Positions 8,186 through 17,715 of a stretch of 64,000 bases of DNA are shown piece after piece. Within the stretch, counting starts at the first letter, position 1, and the number at the start of each line of letters is the position of its first letter. The DNA lies in contig JABIBQ010000080.1 in assembly GCA_018652685.1 (NCBI GenBank), forward strand, positions 8,357 to 72,356, in the 5' to 3' direction. The stretch comes from Candidatus Bathyarchaeota archaeon. GTDB lineage: Archaea > Thermoproteota > Bathyarchaeia > TCS64. The translations under genes were made by a program, and so were the position numbers. A model generated the notes under the pieces. It searched no databases and had not been told where the DNA came from. It saw nothing but the letters and a program-made list of their open reading frames with translations.

Positions 8186-9733
8186 ATGAATAAGGAGCAG
8201 GACGACACATACCAGAAAATGGTCAACATACTCAGCAAGGAGTTCACCTCACCCAAGGGGGAGCACATCGACCCAAAGGAGTATGTTTACGAGCAGGCTG
8301 AGATTATCGCCGAGAAGTATCACAGGACACTTGGGAAGTTTACTATCGAGGAATGGGACAGGGTCTTCTACTATGTAGTGAGAGACCTGACGGGGTACGG
8401 CCCACTCCAGACCATCATGGATGATCCCAATATCGAGGACATCAGCTGTAACGGCATCGACATGCCCCTATATATCTGGCACAGAAACCATGAGAGCATC
8501 CCATCAAACATCATTTTCAAGAGCACCCAGTTACTCAACGATTTTCTAGTCAAGATGGCCCACAAGTCGGGCAAGCACATCAGTAGCGCCCAGCCGGTTC
8601 TCGACGCCATGCTGCCTGAAAAGCACAGGCTGGCGGCGACTTTTATGAACGAGATCAGTATGAAGGGGAGCACCTTCTGTATCAGGAAGTTCCGGGAGGA
8701 GCCCTTCAGCATCGTTGACCTCATGAACGTGGGGACAATAAGCGCACGAATAGCCGCCTACTTCTGGCTAATACTTGAGTACAAGAAGAGCTTCATGATC
8801 GTCGGAGGGACTGGCGCAGGCAAGACCAGCATGCTCAACGCCCTCTTGGGACTCATGAGCCAGAACGACAAGATCGTCACCGTCGAGGAAGTTCCGGAGC
8901 TCAACCCTCCGGCGACAAACTGGACCCAACTCAACAGCAGGGAGAGCTTCAATTTCGGCGACGGCCCTAGTGGAAGCATCAGCCTCTTCGATTTAATCAA
9001 AGTGAGTCTCAGGTACAGGCCAGACTACGTCATAGTTGGTGAGGTCAGGGGAGAGGAGGCGTACGTGCTGTTCCAGGCCCTGGCAACGGGCCACGGTGGA
9101 CTATGTACAATGCACGCGGATAGCATCGACAGGGTGGTTAAACGGCTTACATCGCCACCCATGAACGTCAGCGAGGTGTACATCCCACTGATGAACGTGG
9201 CGCTCTACATCCAGAGGGTAGAATTACCAGGCAACAAGGACGGCAACTCCTTCGGCAGGAGGATTCGCAGCGTCTCTGAGATAGCCGAGTTCGAGGACTA
9301 TAATGAGGTATCCAGGTGGGACCCGAGAAAGGACAAGTTCATCACAATGTTCGAGGACAGCTTCATCATCCAGCAGATTAGCATAACAAGCGGACTATCG
9401 ATATCCCAGCTCATCGAGGAACTTGACACTAGGGAACAATACTTGGAAACAATAGTTGAAAGCGGAATTACGATTCAGTCAGAGGTAGCAGACAGGATCT
9501 CTGGATACCAGAACATCCGTAAATCAATGTTGAACGGGGAGACACCAAAGATCGAAGACCTGTGGGAGGTGGGGCAGTTCAACCCGTTCAGGCTACCTGA
9601 CATCAACGACCTGTTTGAATTCATCCTCAAAGAGGAAAAAAGGAAGGAAATAGAGGAACGTCAACCTGAAAGGGGCAACAACTGGGATGAAATCCAAACG
9701 ATGCTGAACCAACTTCGGGAGGACGCCCAGTAA
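8186..9733 (+). CDS. Type IV pilus/archaellum-type secretion ATPase (FlaI/ArlI-PilB/VirB11 superfamily)
   Basis: Walker A (MIVGGTGAGKTSMLNAL), Asp box/Walker B (PDYVIVGEVRGEEA) and His box (TGHGGLCTMHAD). The reading frame stays open upstream to 7985, so the true start is probably earlier (see the finding at 7985-8185). Confidence 0.9.
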   Translation: MNKEQDDTYQKMVNILSKEFTSPKGEHIDPKEYVYEQAEIIAEKYHRTLGKFTIEEWDRVFYYVVRDLTGYGPLQTIMDDPNIEDISCNGIDMPLYIWHRNHESIPSNIIFKSTQLLNDFLVKMAHKSGKHISSAQPVLDAMLPEKHRLAATFMNEISMKGSTFCIRKFREEPFSIVDLMNVGTISARIAAYFWLILEYKKSFMIVGGTGAGKTSMLNALLGLMSQNDKIVTVEEVPELNPPATNWTQLNSRESFNFGDGPSGSISLFDLIKVSLRYRPDYVIVGEVRGEEAYVLFQALATGHGGLCTMHADSIDRVVKRLTSPPMNVSEVYIPLMNVALYIQRVELPGNKDGNSFGRRIRSVSEIAEFEDYNEVSRWDPRKDKFITMFEDSFIIQQISITSGLSISQLIEELDTREQYLETIVESGITIQSEVADRISGYQNIRKSMLNGETPKIEDLWEVGQFNPFRLPDINDLFEFILKEEKRKEIEERQPERGNNWDEIQTMLNQLREDAQ

Positions 9734-11517
9734 TGGCCCAATTAGATTTCGGCACGGTCCTGAGGGACTACTGCTACGCGTATTTTGGCTGGGCAGGCAA
9801 GGGACTGACCTCGGTTTTTAGGGATATTGAGAAAGACCTTGACGCGGCCAGCATGAGCATCCACCCAGAGGTTTACTTTAGCCTTGTGGGCGTGGTCGCC
9901 ATAATATCAGGAGTTCTGCCCATGGTCGCTTTCGGGTTTATCTCCCTCGGGTTATTCCGATTACCAGCAAGTCTAGGCATATCCCCCATGATTCTATTAC
10001 CAGTCAGTCTTGGACTCCCGCTGGTAATAATCATCGGCAGTACAATCTTTCCCAAGACAGTCTCAAGCGACAAGATGGCCAGCCTTCAGATTGAGATCCC
10101 ATACGCATCAATGTACATCAGCGTCATGGTCAGCGGCGGTCTTAGCCCATTCGAGAGCTTCATCAGGATGAGGGAGATGGACTTGCTGCCAAGCATGAAG
10201 GCTGAAGTGAATAGACTCGAGACCCTGGTCATGACCTCAGGAGCCGACCCCATCACCGCGATGGAACTAGCAGCTAAAACAGTCAATATCAAGGAATACA
10301 AGGAACTTTTGCTGGGATACGCCTCAAGCGTGAGAACCGGGGGGGACACTCTTCACTACCTGTTCAACCAGACAAAAAACATGTTCAGGAGTCTATCCAT
10401 TCAAGTAAGGGCAAAGGGAGAGGCAGCCGCCATGCTCATGGAGGCATACACCATCATCGGGATACTGGGCGTCCTCGGCCTCTTCCTAGTGTTCGTTGTG
10501 GGAATGAGCCTACCCACGGCAGGGGTCAGCATCAGTCCTGAACAGTTCTTCCTGTTCAGCTTCGTGGTTATGCCCGGAATGTCATTCTTGTTCCTGTTCG
10601 CAGGAGACATGGTGCAGTTCAACTATCCGATCAGCAACTGGAAACCATACTACGTGTTCTTTGGTTTTCTTCCGTTCGGAGGACTTTTAGCAACTCAAAT
10701 AGTGCTCCCGTTCTTTAACGAGTCATTCTTGCTTGTCCCCGCGTTGATGAACTCGATTATTTGGGTGAGAACCTCGCTTGGGTTCGCTGAGGGAACCGAG
10801 GCGGCTATCGGAGTTACATTCACTCTTATTTTCGTGGCTATTCCAGGTTGGGTAGCCGATTATTATACCTCGGGCAGGGATGGAAACCTGCAGAACGGTA
10901 TCACCCTATTCCTCAGGGACCTGGTTGAGGTAAGAAAAAGCGGGATGAGCCCAGAGAAAAGCATCGCGGCCTTGTCCGGAAGGAACTACAAGGGGTTCGG
11001 CAGATATCTTAAGGACATCAGCACCAAGATCAACTGGGGCTACCCGCTACGCCAGATATACAAGGAGTTCGCGGCCAGTGCCAACAACTGGCTAGCCCTC
11101 GTCAATATCTACCTGCTCCTGGACACCATCGAGGTGGGAGGGGGGACAGTGGACAGCATCGAGAGCCTCGCCGAGTTCAGCGAATCATCGAAGCAGCTGG
11201 AGGAAGAGAAGAAAGCGGTTCTGATGCCGCTGGTGATAGTTCCATACATCGGTGCAGCGCTCCTGACTGGCACGACGGTCATGTTTCTGGGTTTCTTCGG
11301 AGGCTCAAACCTAGGCGTCAGCATTCAGCAGGTGATGCTTTACAGGGTCTTGCTGACTCCGCTGTCGATTCACTGTTTCACTTTGGGGCTTGTCACGGGT
11401 AAGATAGTGTCTGGGAGAGTTTCGGCAGGTTTCAAGCACGCAGTGATACTCAGCCTTGTCGCACTCGGGGGCATTTGGCTCGTCTCTAGCATGGATATGG
11501 GAGGTGGCTTGATTTAG
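9733..11517 (+). CDS. Polytopic membrane platform protein (FlaJ/ArlJ-TadC, T2SS-F domain family)
   Basis: 594 aa with many TM helices and two cytoplasmic helical T2SSF-like regions. Its ATG overlaps the ATPase stop by 1 nt (TAATG). Confidence 0.85.
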   Translation: MAQLDFGTVLRDYCYAYFGWAGKGLTSVFRDIEKDLDAASMSIHPEVYFSLVGVVAIISGVLPMVAFGFISLGLFRLPASLGISPMILLPVSLGLPLVIIIGSTIFPKTVSSDKMASLQIEIPYASMYISVMVSGGLSPFESFIRMREMDLLPSMKAEVNRLETLVMTSGADPITAMELAAKTVNIKEYKELLLGYASSVRTGGDTLHYLFNQTKNMFRSLSIQVRAKGEAAAMLMEAYTIIGILGVLGLFLVFVVGMSLPTAGVSISPEQFFLFSFVVMPGMSFLFLFAGDMVQFNYPISNWKPYYVFFGFLPFGGLLATQIVLPFFNESFLLVPALMNSIIWVRTSLGFAEGTEAAIGVTFTLIFVAIPGWVADYYTSGRDGNLQNGITLFLRDLVEVRKSGMSPEKSIAALSGRNYKGFGRYLKDISTKINWGYPLRQIYKEFAASANNWLALVNIYLLLDTIEVGGGTVDSIESLAEFSESSKQLEEEKKAVLMPLVIVPYIGAALLTGTTVMFLGFFGGSNLGVSIQQVMLYRVLLTPLSIHCFTLGLVTGKIVSGRVSAGFKHAVILSLVALGGIWLVSSMDMGGGLI

Positions 11518-11948
11518 TGAGTAGAAAAGCACTTTCCCCAGTAATTTCATCATTGATCCTTTCAGCCGCAGTTATAGTCATAGGGGGGGCTGTCTGGTCC
11601 TACTCCGTTGGGGCAGCCACGTCAATAGCTGACGGTTACGTGAATGATACTCTTAATCTTTCAGATGAAGTCACGGAGAGGTTCATGGTAGAACATGTGG
11701 ATATAGACGCCGGACTTGATACTCTATCCGTCTGGGTCTATAATTACTGCTCTCAGAGCATTACAGTTGACACATACATCAAGGACGGCAACATCGTCAT
11801 CGGCTCAACACTTGGGTCAATTATAGAAAAAGGGGACACCTCAATGATCACGATCGAGATCATCCCAAGATCGTCGAATGACGAGGTGTCAATAAAAATA
11901 CACAGCAGGAGGCAGAACGACACGTATGAAACATTCTATGTCCCGTAA
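11517..11948 (+). CDS. Pilin-like protein with class III signal peptide
   Basis: GTG start overlapping the preceding TAG by 1 nt. N-terminus SRK/ALSPVISSLILSAAVIVIGG. Confidence 0.7.
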   Translation: MSRKALSPVISSLILSAAVIVIGGAVWSYSVGAATSIADGYVNDTLNLSDEVTERFMVEHVDIDAGLDTLSVWVYNYCSQSITVDTYIKDGNIVIGSTLGSIIEKGDTSMITIEIIPRSSNDEVSIKIHSRRQNDTYETFYVP

Positions 11949-12675
11949 GAAAAGAAGAGGGATCGCATCGATCCTTGGCACTCTCATATTCATTGGCATC
12001 GTATTCAGCGCATTTGTGCCCATGACCCTGGTCATGAAGCAGGCAGATAATGTATATGAGAGAAAAATCCACGAGGCGACTATCAGTGACATCGATAAAG
12101 GAACAGAGGACGCTATGGTCTATGCATACGGGGAGACGGGTAGTACGGAACTTTCTGTCTTCATAACAAACAAAGGAGTTAACGAACTGACCATCGTCCG
12201 AGTCTGGTTGAACAACAACTCCACCGAAGTATCTGAAACAATAGTCCCGAAAGCTTCCACTGAAATGGGACCTTTCGATGTAACAGATGCAGAGTCCCCC
12301 CTCAAGGTAAAAGTGACGACAGAAAATGGAAACATATTCGAGTGCGATCTTGGTTCGGTGATGTACTCAGAGGTAAATGGTTGGTATACTCCATCATTCG
12401 CAATCAGCGTTATGATAATGAGTGACTGGGGCCAGTATGAGATTATCGTGGAAGACTCCGGGTCTAACGAAGTCGGATATTACAAGTCATCCGGAAACGA
12501 ACACGATGATATATCCAAGACATTCCTTGTGGACGATACCCCCGATACATATGATGTTGAGGTATTGAAGAAAATCGGGGGTGGGTGGAACAATCTAATC
12601 GGACCAGGATATACGGTGAACGTGCCGTCAGCAGCAGGCACTCCCGTCGTAATAGTGGTAACGGATGGAACATAA
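11938..12675 (+). CDS. Pilin-like/minor pilin candidate with class III signal peptide
   Basis: MSRKKRRG/IASILGTLIFIGIVFSAF starts at ATG 11938. An alternative in-frame ATG lies at 11926. Confidence 0.65.
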   Translation: MSRKKRRGIASILGTLIFIGIVFSAFVPMTLVMKQADNVYERKIHEATISDIDKGTEDAMVYAYGETGSTELSVFITNKGVNELTIVRVWLNNNSTEVSETIVPKASTEMGPFDVTDAESPLKVKVTTENGNIFECDLGSVMYSEVNGWYTPSFAISVMIMSDWGQYEIIVEDSGSNEVGYYKSSGNEHDDISKTFLVDDTPDTYDVEVLKKIGGGWNNLIGPGYTVNVPSAAGTPVVIVVTDGT

Positions 12676-14738
12676 TGACTAACAATAAAACAATACTAAT
12701 CGGAACCGCTCTAGCGTTACTACTGATACTATCAAACGGAACCCAGACGGCTCACGCGGAAAGGATTACAATAGAGAAACCTTTCGAGCCAGTAATCATC
12801 GAAGATGGAACAATTCCTCTGAACACAAGATACAGGGCAGACCCATTAGAGATACTCTGCAAGCTAGAGGAGGGAAGAAAATACCACATATACCTCGTTG
12901 GTGAATGGACCACAAAAGTCAATGAATCAAGTGCGATGGATCGTTTAACAGATTATGACATCGAAGTATTTGACTCACAGAACAATTTAATTTCCAGTCA
13001 TACTGAGTCAGCTGGTTTCCCTGAACAAGTTTCCAATGATAAGAACCACCAATATTTCGAGCCGCCAACCACGGATAAGTACCGTTTTGTGATATACAAT
13101 GATCCAGAGGACAGCAGAGGGACCCAAGAGGCAGTATTCATGATCATCGAGCATCTAGAAATGAACAAGAGATATGAGTTGTACCTTGAGGGAAGACCGT
13201 CTCCGTCTGAACCGTATCCCCCTGATTACGTTTGGGCCTATGAATTTTCGACCCCAAATGAGAATTTCCAACTTCATGTTGAGGTTCCCGACCCTGATCC
13301 GAAGAAAAAGGATCACGGTCTTGACATGTATGAGATCAGGTTGTTCCCCATGGCGAATCCGTCTGCAGAGGTTGGATACTACATATCAGGAGTTGGGGTG
13401 CCCGAGGGTAATTTGCTTCAAGGAGGAGTAGAGGGACAATACGGTTTGTACAATACATCGATCTCAGGGAATAGCTTCCCTGATCTGAGGGCCAGTTGCG
13501 AGTACGCAGGAGAGGATATGGACGTGGTATTTGGAAAACCCCAGCACAACGAGACCGAGCTGGTCCTAGAGACAAGAGAGGTATTTTACTACATAGCCAT
13601 GCTTGCCGAGTACTACCACGGAACAATATCATTTTACATCAAGACAGATTACAGGCAGATCAACGTGACCATAATCGAGTCACCAGAGGTCGGGGTCACA
13701 GGAGAGGACCATCGTGTGGTCGCTGAACTTCAAAGCCCAGGGGTAATAACCAGGGCATGGCTCAACTATACAACCGACGGCTGGAGGACTGAGGAAAAGA
13801 TCCAGCTCACAGAGGAATTCGGCTTGTACGAAGGATGGCTGCCGCGGTTTGAGTTGCTCGACAACGTACAGTACAGGATTTATGTCGAGGATGAGATAGA
13901 CAACTCGGGGATGAGTGAGTTAGGGTTCATTGTACTTGACCCTGTCAACCTACGTATTGGAGCAAAACGGCTCGATGTGAACGGGGGAGAATCCATAGAG
14001 ATAGGCGGGAAAGCTGTGGAATCCAGCGAGATCAATCTGAGAATCCAATCCAATGATTTCGAGGAGAACATAAACATAAACGTTGATGATGAGAAAAATT
14101 GGTCGTACATGTTCACCCCCCAAAAGGAGGGCAACTATAACGCCAAGGTGTTCTTTGACGGTGATGACACTCACGATAAGGCTGAGAGCAAAGAGATCAC
14201 ACTCTCGATGGAGAAACAGACCCCAACAATCAACTATGCAATCAACCCCAGGCAGGTTAAGAGGACGAGGGAGTTTGAGGTCTCAGGCACCATCTCTCCA
14301 CACATATCGGGAATATCTGTGAAACTACTATGCATCACACAGACAACAAGCTATGAGTTGGAGACAATCACGATGAGCGACGGTTCGTTCAGCTTTTTTG
14401 TAGTACCAGAAGAAAGCGGAACATGGCAGGTTCTGCCTCAGATATCTGAGTCAAATTTCCAGGAGGGAACCCAGGGCGAGATTAAGGTCTTTGATGTCAT
14501 CGAACTGACGATGAAGGAAAAGGTAACAGCTGCCATACTTCCATTCACGGTATTGCCCATGATCCTGGCTCCCGTTGGACTCGCGGTTGCGGGGTTAGGT
14601 TTGGGCGAGATGAGGACGGGTTTTGTCAGGGGATTGTTTGGCAAAGAATCAGGGAAAGAAGACCCAGATGAGAAAGATGGGGATAAAAAAACCGTCCCTA
14701 AGGGAGCGGTCAGTTACCGCCGCCGAAGCAGCAGATAG
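12675..14738 (+). CDS. Large secreted, C-terminally membrane-anchored surface protein (function unknown)
   Basis: ATG 12675 overlaps the preceding TAA by 1 nt. Signal-peptide-like MTNNKTILIGTALALLLILSNGTQTAHA, a beta-rich body of about 600 aa, a C-terminal TM (AAILPFTVLPMILAPVGLAVAGLGLG) and a charged tail. Confidence 0.6.
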   Translation: MTNNKTILIGTALALLLILSNGTQTAHAERITIEKPFEPVIIEDGTIPLNTRYRADPLEILCKLEEGRKYHIYLVGEWTTKVNESSAMDRLTDYDIEVFDSQNNLISSHTESAGFPEQVSNDKNHQYFEPPTTDKYRFVIYNDPEDSRGTQEAVFMIIEHLEMNKRYELYLEGRPSPSEPYPPDYVWAYEFSTPNENFQLHVEVPDPDPKKKDHGLDMYEIRLFPMANPSAEVGYYISGVGVPEGNLLQGGVEGQYGLYNTSISGNSFPDLRASCEYAGEDMDVVFGKPQHNETELVLETREVFYYIAMLAEYYHGTISFYIKTDYRQINVTIIESPEVGVTGEDHRVVAELQSPGVITRAWLNYTTDGWRTEEKIQLTEEFGLYEGWLPRFELLDNVQYRIYVEDEIDNSGMSELGFIVLDPVNLRIGAKRLDVNGGESIEIGGKAVESSEINLRIQSNDFEENININVDDEKNWSYMFTPQKEGNYNAKVFFDGDDTHDKAESKEITLSMEKQTPTINYAINPRQVKRTREFEVSGTISPHISGISVKLLCITQTTSYELETITMSDGSFSFFVVPEESGTWQVLPQISESNFQEGTQGEIKVFDVIELTMKEKVTAAILPFTVLPMILAPVGLAVAGLGLGEMRTGFVRGLFGKESGKEDPDEKDGDKKTVPKGAVSYRRRSSR

Positions 14739-14759
14739 GTGAGGAAAGATCCTCTCCTA

Positions 14760-16058
14760 TCACTCGACTAGTTTTTTCATGAAATCGCTGTAATCGTCCC
14801 GCTTGATGGTGGGCACAAATCCGTCGATTACTTTCTTGGCGGCAGAGGCATCATTGATGAGCAGGTCTACCACTGTAATCGCCAGTGCCTTGGCTGGCAC
14901 GATGTACTGGCGAATGCTGTCGGTTATCTTGAAGTCCCTGCTATGGCCTGGACCCTCACACCCTCCCATGCCGATGCTTGTTGTGGGCATAATGCAGCTA
15001 TAATCACCCATGTCTGTGCTGCCCGTGCTGTGACCCCTGTGCTTGAGCTCAGCAGCCCCGACGTATTCGGTGCATGCCCCTATGAGCACCTTCTCAAGCT
15101 CGTCATTTCGAGTGTAAGGCATATACCCCGGGTGGTCAAATATCTCCACCTCGGCACCCACGGACATCGCTCCTGCCCTGAGGGCACGATTAACCTTGAC
15201 GTTTGCGTCTTTGATGGCGTCAACCGTCTTTCCCCTGACGTAGCTCTCCATTCGCACATCTGCTGGGACGTTGTTGACGATCTCTCCTCCCTTTGTAATT
15301 ATGGGGTGGACCCTGATGGTGTCCTGGTCACGGAAAGTCTCCCTGTTGGCGTGGATACCCATGAGTCCCATCATGGCGGCGTTCAATGCGTTGATTCCCT
15401 TGTGTGGGCTCCCGCCGGCGTGAGCCTCCCTACCGATATAGCCAACAAGCTTGCCGACGAAGCCGTTGTTGCTGCCACCTACACCGATGAGCTCCATCTG
15501 GTCCATGGCGCTATGGCTTCCGATGGAGATATCAATATCTTTCATGGCCCCCACCCTGATGAACTCCTGCTTGCCACCGAAGAACTCCAGCTTGCCCTCC
15601 TCCCTGAGGCGGTTCCTGTAATCTATCTCGATGTACTCCTCGGCAGGCACGGCAACCATGACAACCTCCCCTGCGAGGTGATCCTTTACGAGATCTAGTC
15701 CGTATCCCGCGCCAAGCATGGCAGCCATCTGGCTGTGGTGTCCGCATGCATGGACGTTTCCTGACGCCGTGTGTGCCTCAGGGTGGACCGGGATGTGGAG
15801 GGCATCGAGCTCACCGACAACCCCCACGGAAGGCCGTGAGCCATCTCCCTTCAGGTACGCCTTGCTCCCAGTAATGGCAATATCCTTCTCGTACCTCCAG
15901 CCCATCGCCTCGTACTTTGCCTCAGTTAGCTCCGCCGTCTTGAACTCCTTGAACCCAAGCTCGGGGTACTTCCATATCGCGTTGGCGTACTCGATTATCT
16001 CGTCAGCCCTGCGGTCGATCTCTGCTAAAACTTTCTTCTTGATCGCTGCCTTGTCCAT
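14760..16058 (-). CDS. M20-family amidohydrolase/peptidase (AbgB/aminoacylase-like)
   Basis: 432 aa. Metal-ligand motif HACGHH, GELDAL, and an M20 dimerisation-domain layout. Confidence 0.8.
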   Translation of the reverse strand: MDKAAIKKKVLAEIDRRADEIIEYANAIWKYPELGFKEFKTAELTEAKYEAMGWRYEKDIAITGSKAYLKGDGSRPSVGVVGELDALHIPVHPEAHTASGNVHACGHHSQMAAMLGAGYGLDLVKDHLAGEVVMVAVPAEEYIEIDYRNRLREEGKLEFFGGKQEFIRVGAMKDIDISIGSHSAMDQMELIGVGGSNNGFVGKLVGYIGREAHAGGSPHKGINALNAAMMGLMGIHANRETFRDQDTIRVHPIITKGGEIVNNVPADVRMESYVRGKTVDAIKDANVKVNRALRAGAMSVGAEVEIFDHPGYMPYTRNDELEKVLIGACTEYVGAAELKHRGHSTGSTDMGDYSCIMPTTSIGMGGCEGPGHSRDFKITDSIRQYIVPAKALAITVVDLLINDASAAKKVIDGFVPTIKRDDYSDFMKKLVE

Positions 16059-16178
16059 ATCTATCGTAATATGAACGGGTCAGCGCGGATTTAAGACGAA
16101 TGTTGGGAACCATTTCAGGACAGCAACATGGAAAAAATCAGAGGAGAGGGCTTGGATGATCCATTACACCTGGGCAGC

Positions 16179-17474
16179 TCACTCGATCATTTTCTGCATG
16201 AACTCGGCGTACTCATCTCTGGGTATAACGGGCTCAAACTGGTCCATGATCTCCTTGGCCTTGACTGCATCATCATAAAGCAAGTCTATAACAGTGATCG
16301 CCAACGCCTTGGCCGGGAGCACGTACAGGTTCACCTTGTCCTCCACGGCGAAAGAGCTGTGGTGATGGCTCCCGCTGACGCCCCCCATCACCAGGTTGGT
16401 TGTGGGGTGGACACAGCTAAAGTCACCCATGTCAGTGCTCCCGCAGCTATGGTCGCCCAGTGGAACAAAGTCAGTGAGAGTCAAGCAATTCTCCCTCAGA
16501 ACGACATCAAGGACAGGGTCCCTGTGGTACGGCATGTATCCTGGCACATCAATGAGCTCGACCTCAGCACCGACTGCCATGGCACCAGCTCTCAGCGCGT
16601 TATTCACTTTCATGTTTGCACCCTTAATGGCTGGAACTGTTGCGCCCCTCACGAAACTCTCCATATGCACATCAGCGGGAACATTGTTGACGATTGAGCC
16701 CGCCTTCGTCAGGATGGGGTGGAACCTGATGTGGTCCTCGTCCCTGAACGTTTCTCTGTTGGCATGGGCGCCCATGATGCCCAGCAGTGCCGCATTCAAC
16801 GCATTGACGGCCTCATCCGGATGGTCCCCGGCATGCGCAGCAATACCCTTGTACTTGGTTAGCTTTGCGATGAAACCGTTCTCCGTGCCCCCCGTACCCA
16901 GCTTTGCCCCTTTTAATGATCCCGTACTGTGGCTGCCGATTGTCATGTCAATATCGTCCATGGCCCCGATGTGGATGAACTCCTGCTTGCCACCCATGAA
17001 CGTGATCTTGCCGTCCTCGACAAGCTTGTTGCGGAAGTCCATCTGGATGAGTTCCTCGGCCGGGACCCCCATCATAACAATATTTCCGTCCAGTTCGTCC
17101 TTGACGACATCGAGGCCGAAACCTGCCGCCAGCATGGCGGTAACCTGGGCGTGGTGCCCGCAGCAGTGGACCCATCCGGTCTTGGGGTCGGCCTCGGGGT
17201 GAGTCGGCACGTCAAGGCTGTCCAGCTCACCGACGATGGCGACGGTTGGCCTCGATCCCTTCTCCTTGAGGTACGCTTTGCTTCCCGTGATACCCAGCTT
17301 GTTCTCGTAGTACCAGCCCATCTTCTCGTACTGAGCCTCAACGTATTCGGCCGTCTTGTACTCCCTGTACCCTACCTCGGGGATCTTCCAGAGATCATCA
17401 CCTATCTTAATTATCTCCTCCGCCCTCGCGTCTATTGCGTCTATGACCCGCCTCTTCAGCGCCTGCTTATCCAT
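16179..17474 (-). CDS. M20-family amidohydrolase/peptidase (tandem paralog)
   Basis: 431 aa. Collinear with the neighbouring M20 ORF over its full length (HCCGHH, GELDSL), at roughly 55-60 percent identity by eye. Confidence 0.8.
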   Translation of the reverse strand: MDKQALKRRVIDAIDARAEEIIKIGDDLWKIPEVGYREYKTAEYVEAQYEKMGWYYENKLGITGSKAYLKEKGSRPTVAIVGELDSLDVPTHPEADPKTGWVHCCGHHAQVTAMLAAGFGLDVVKDELDGNIVMMGVPAEELIQMDFRNKLVEDGKITFMGGKQEFIHIGAMDDIDMTIGSHSTGSLKGAKLGTGGTENGFIAKLTKYKGIAAHAGDHPDEAVNALNAALLGIMGAHANRETFRDEDHIRFHPILTKAGSIVNNVPADVHMESFVRGATVPAIKGANMKVNNALRAGAMAVGAEVELIDVPGYMPYHRDPVLDVVLRENCLTLTDFVPLGDHSCGSTDMGDFSCVHPTTNLVMGGVSGSHHHSSFAVEDKVNLYVLPAKALAITVIDLLYDDAVKAKEIMDQFEPVIPRDEYAEFMQKMIE

Positions 17475-17715
17475 GTTAGACTAGCCCTGTTGATCATAGA
17501 AAAGACATTCTGGGTGAAGATTCACCGTGATATCCCGGGTGGAAAAAGTAACCTTTTTACTAAAAGGAATCGTGGAAGTTATACTGGTGAAGTATTTGAC
17601 CGGCCAAACAATCAGTTGTGTTTTCGAGATTCTGCGATTAAGGCAGAACGAGCCGCCGGTCTACAGGATACCACAGTAAGCCTAACCTGTCTAACGGGTT
17701 GGGCTCAGGAGGGTT

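Noticed and set aside
12585-12674. An N-terminal extension of the large surface protein (ORF-track start 12585), with similar extensions at 20456-20704 (mrp), 40324-40437 (AKR), 37344-37448 (aminotransferase) and 59472-59525 (amidohydrolase).
   Set aside because: The extensions overlap the upstream gene and are Arg/Ser-rich or Cys-rich with no homology signal. Internal ATGs give canonical N-termini (signal peptide, P-loop lead-in, family-typical starts).
14480-14738. The C-terminal TM of the large surface protein, considered as a PGF-CTERM/archaeosortase sorting signal.
   Set aside because: There is no PGF tripeptide before the helix (the sequence reads LPFTVLPM). The helix is followed by a roughly 50-aa charged tail rather than a short basic stub.
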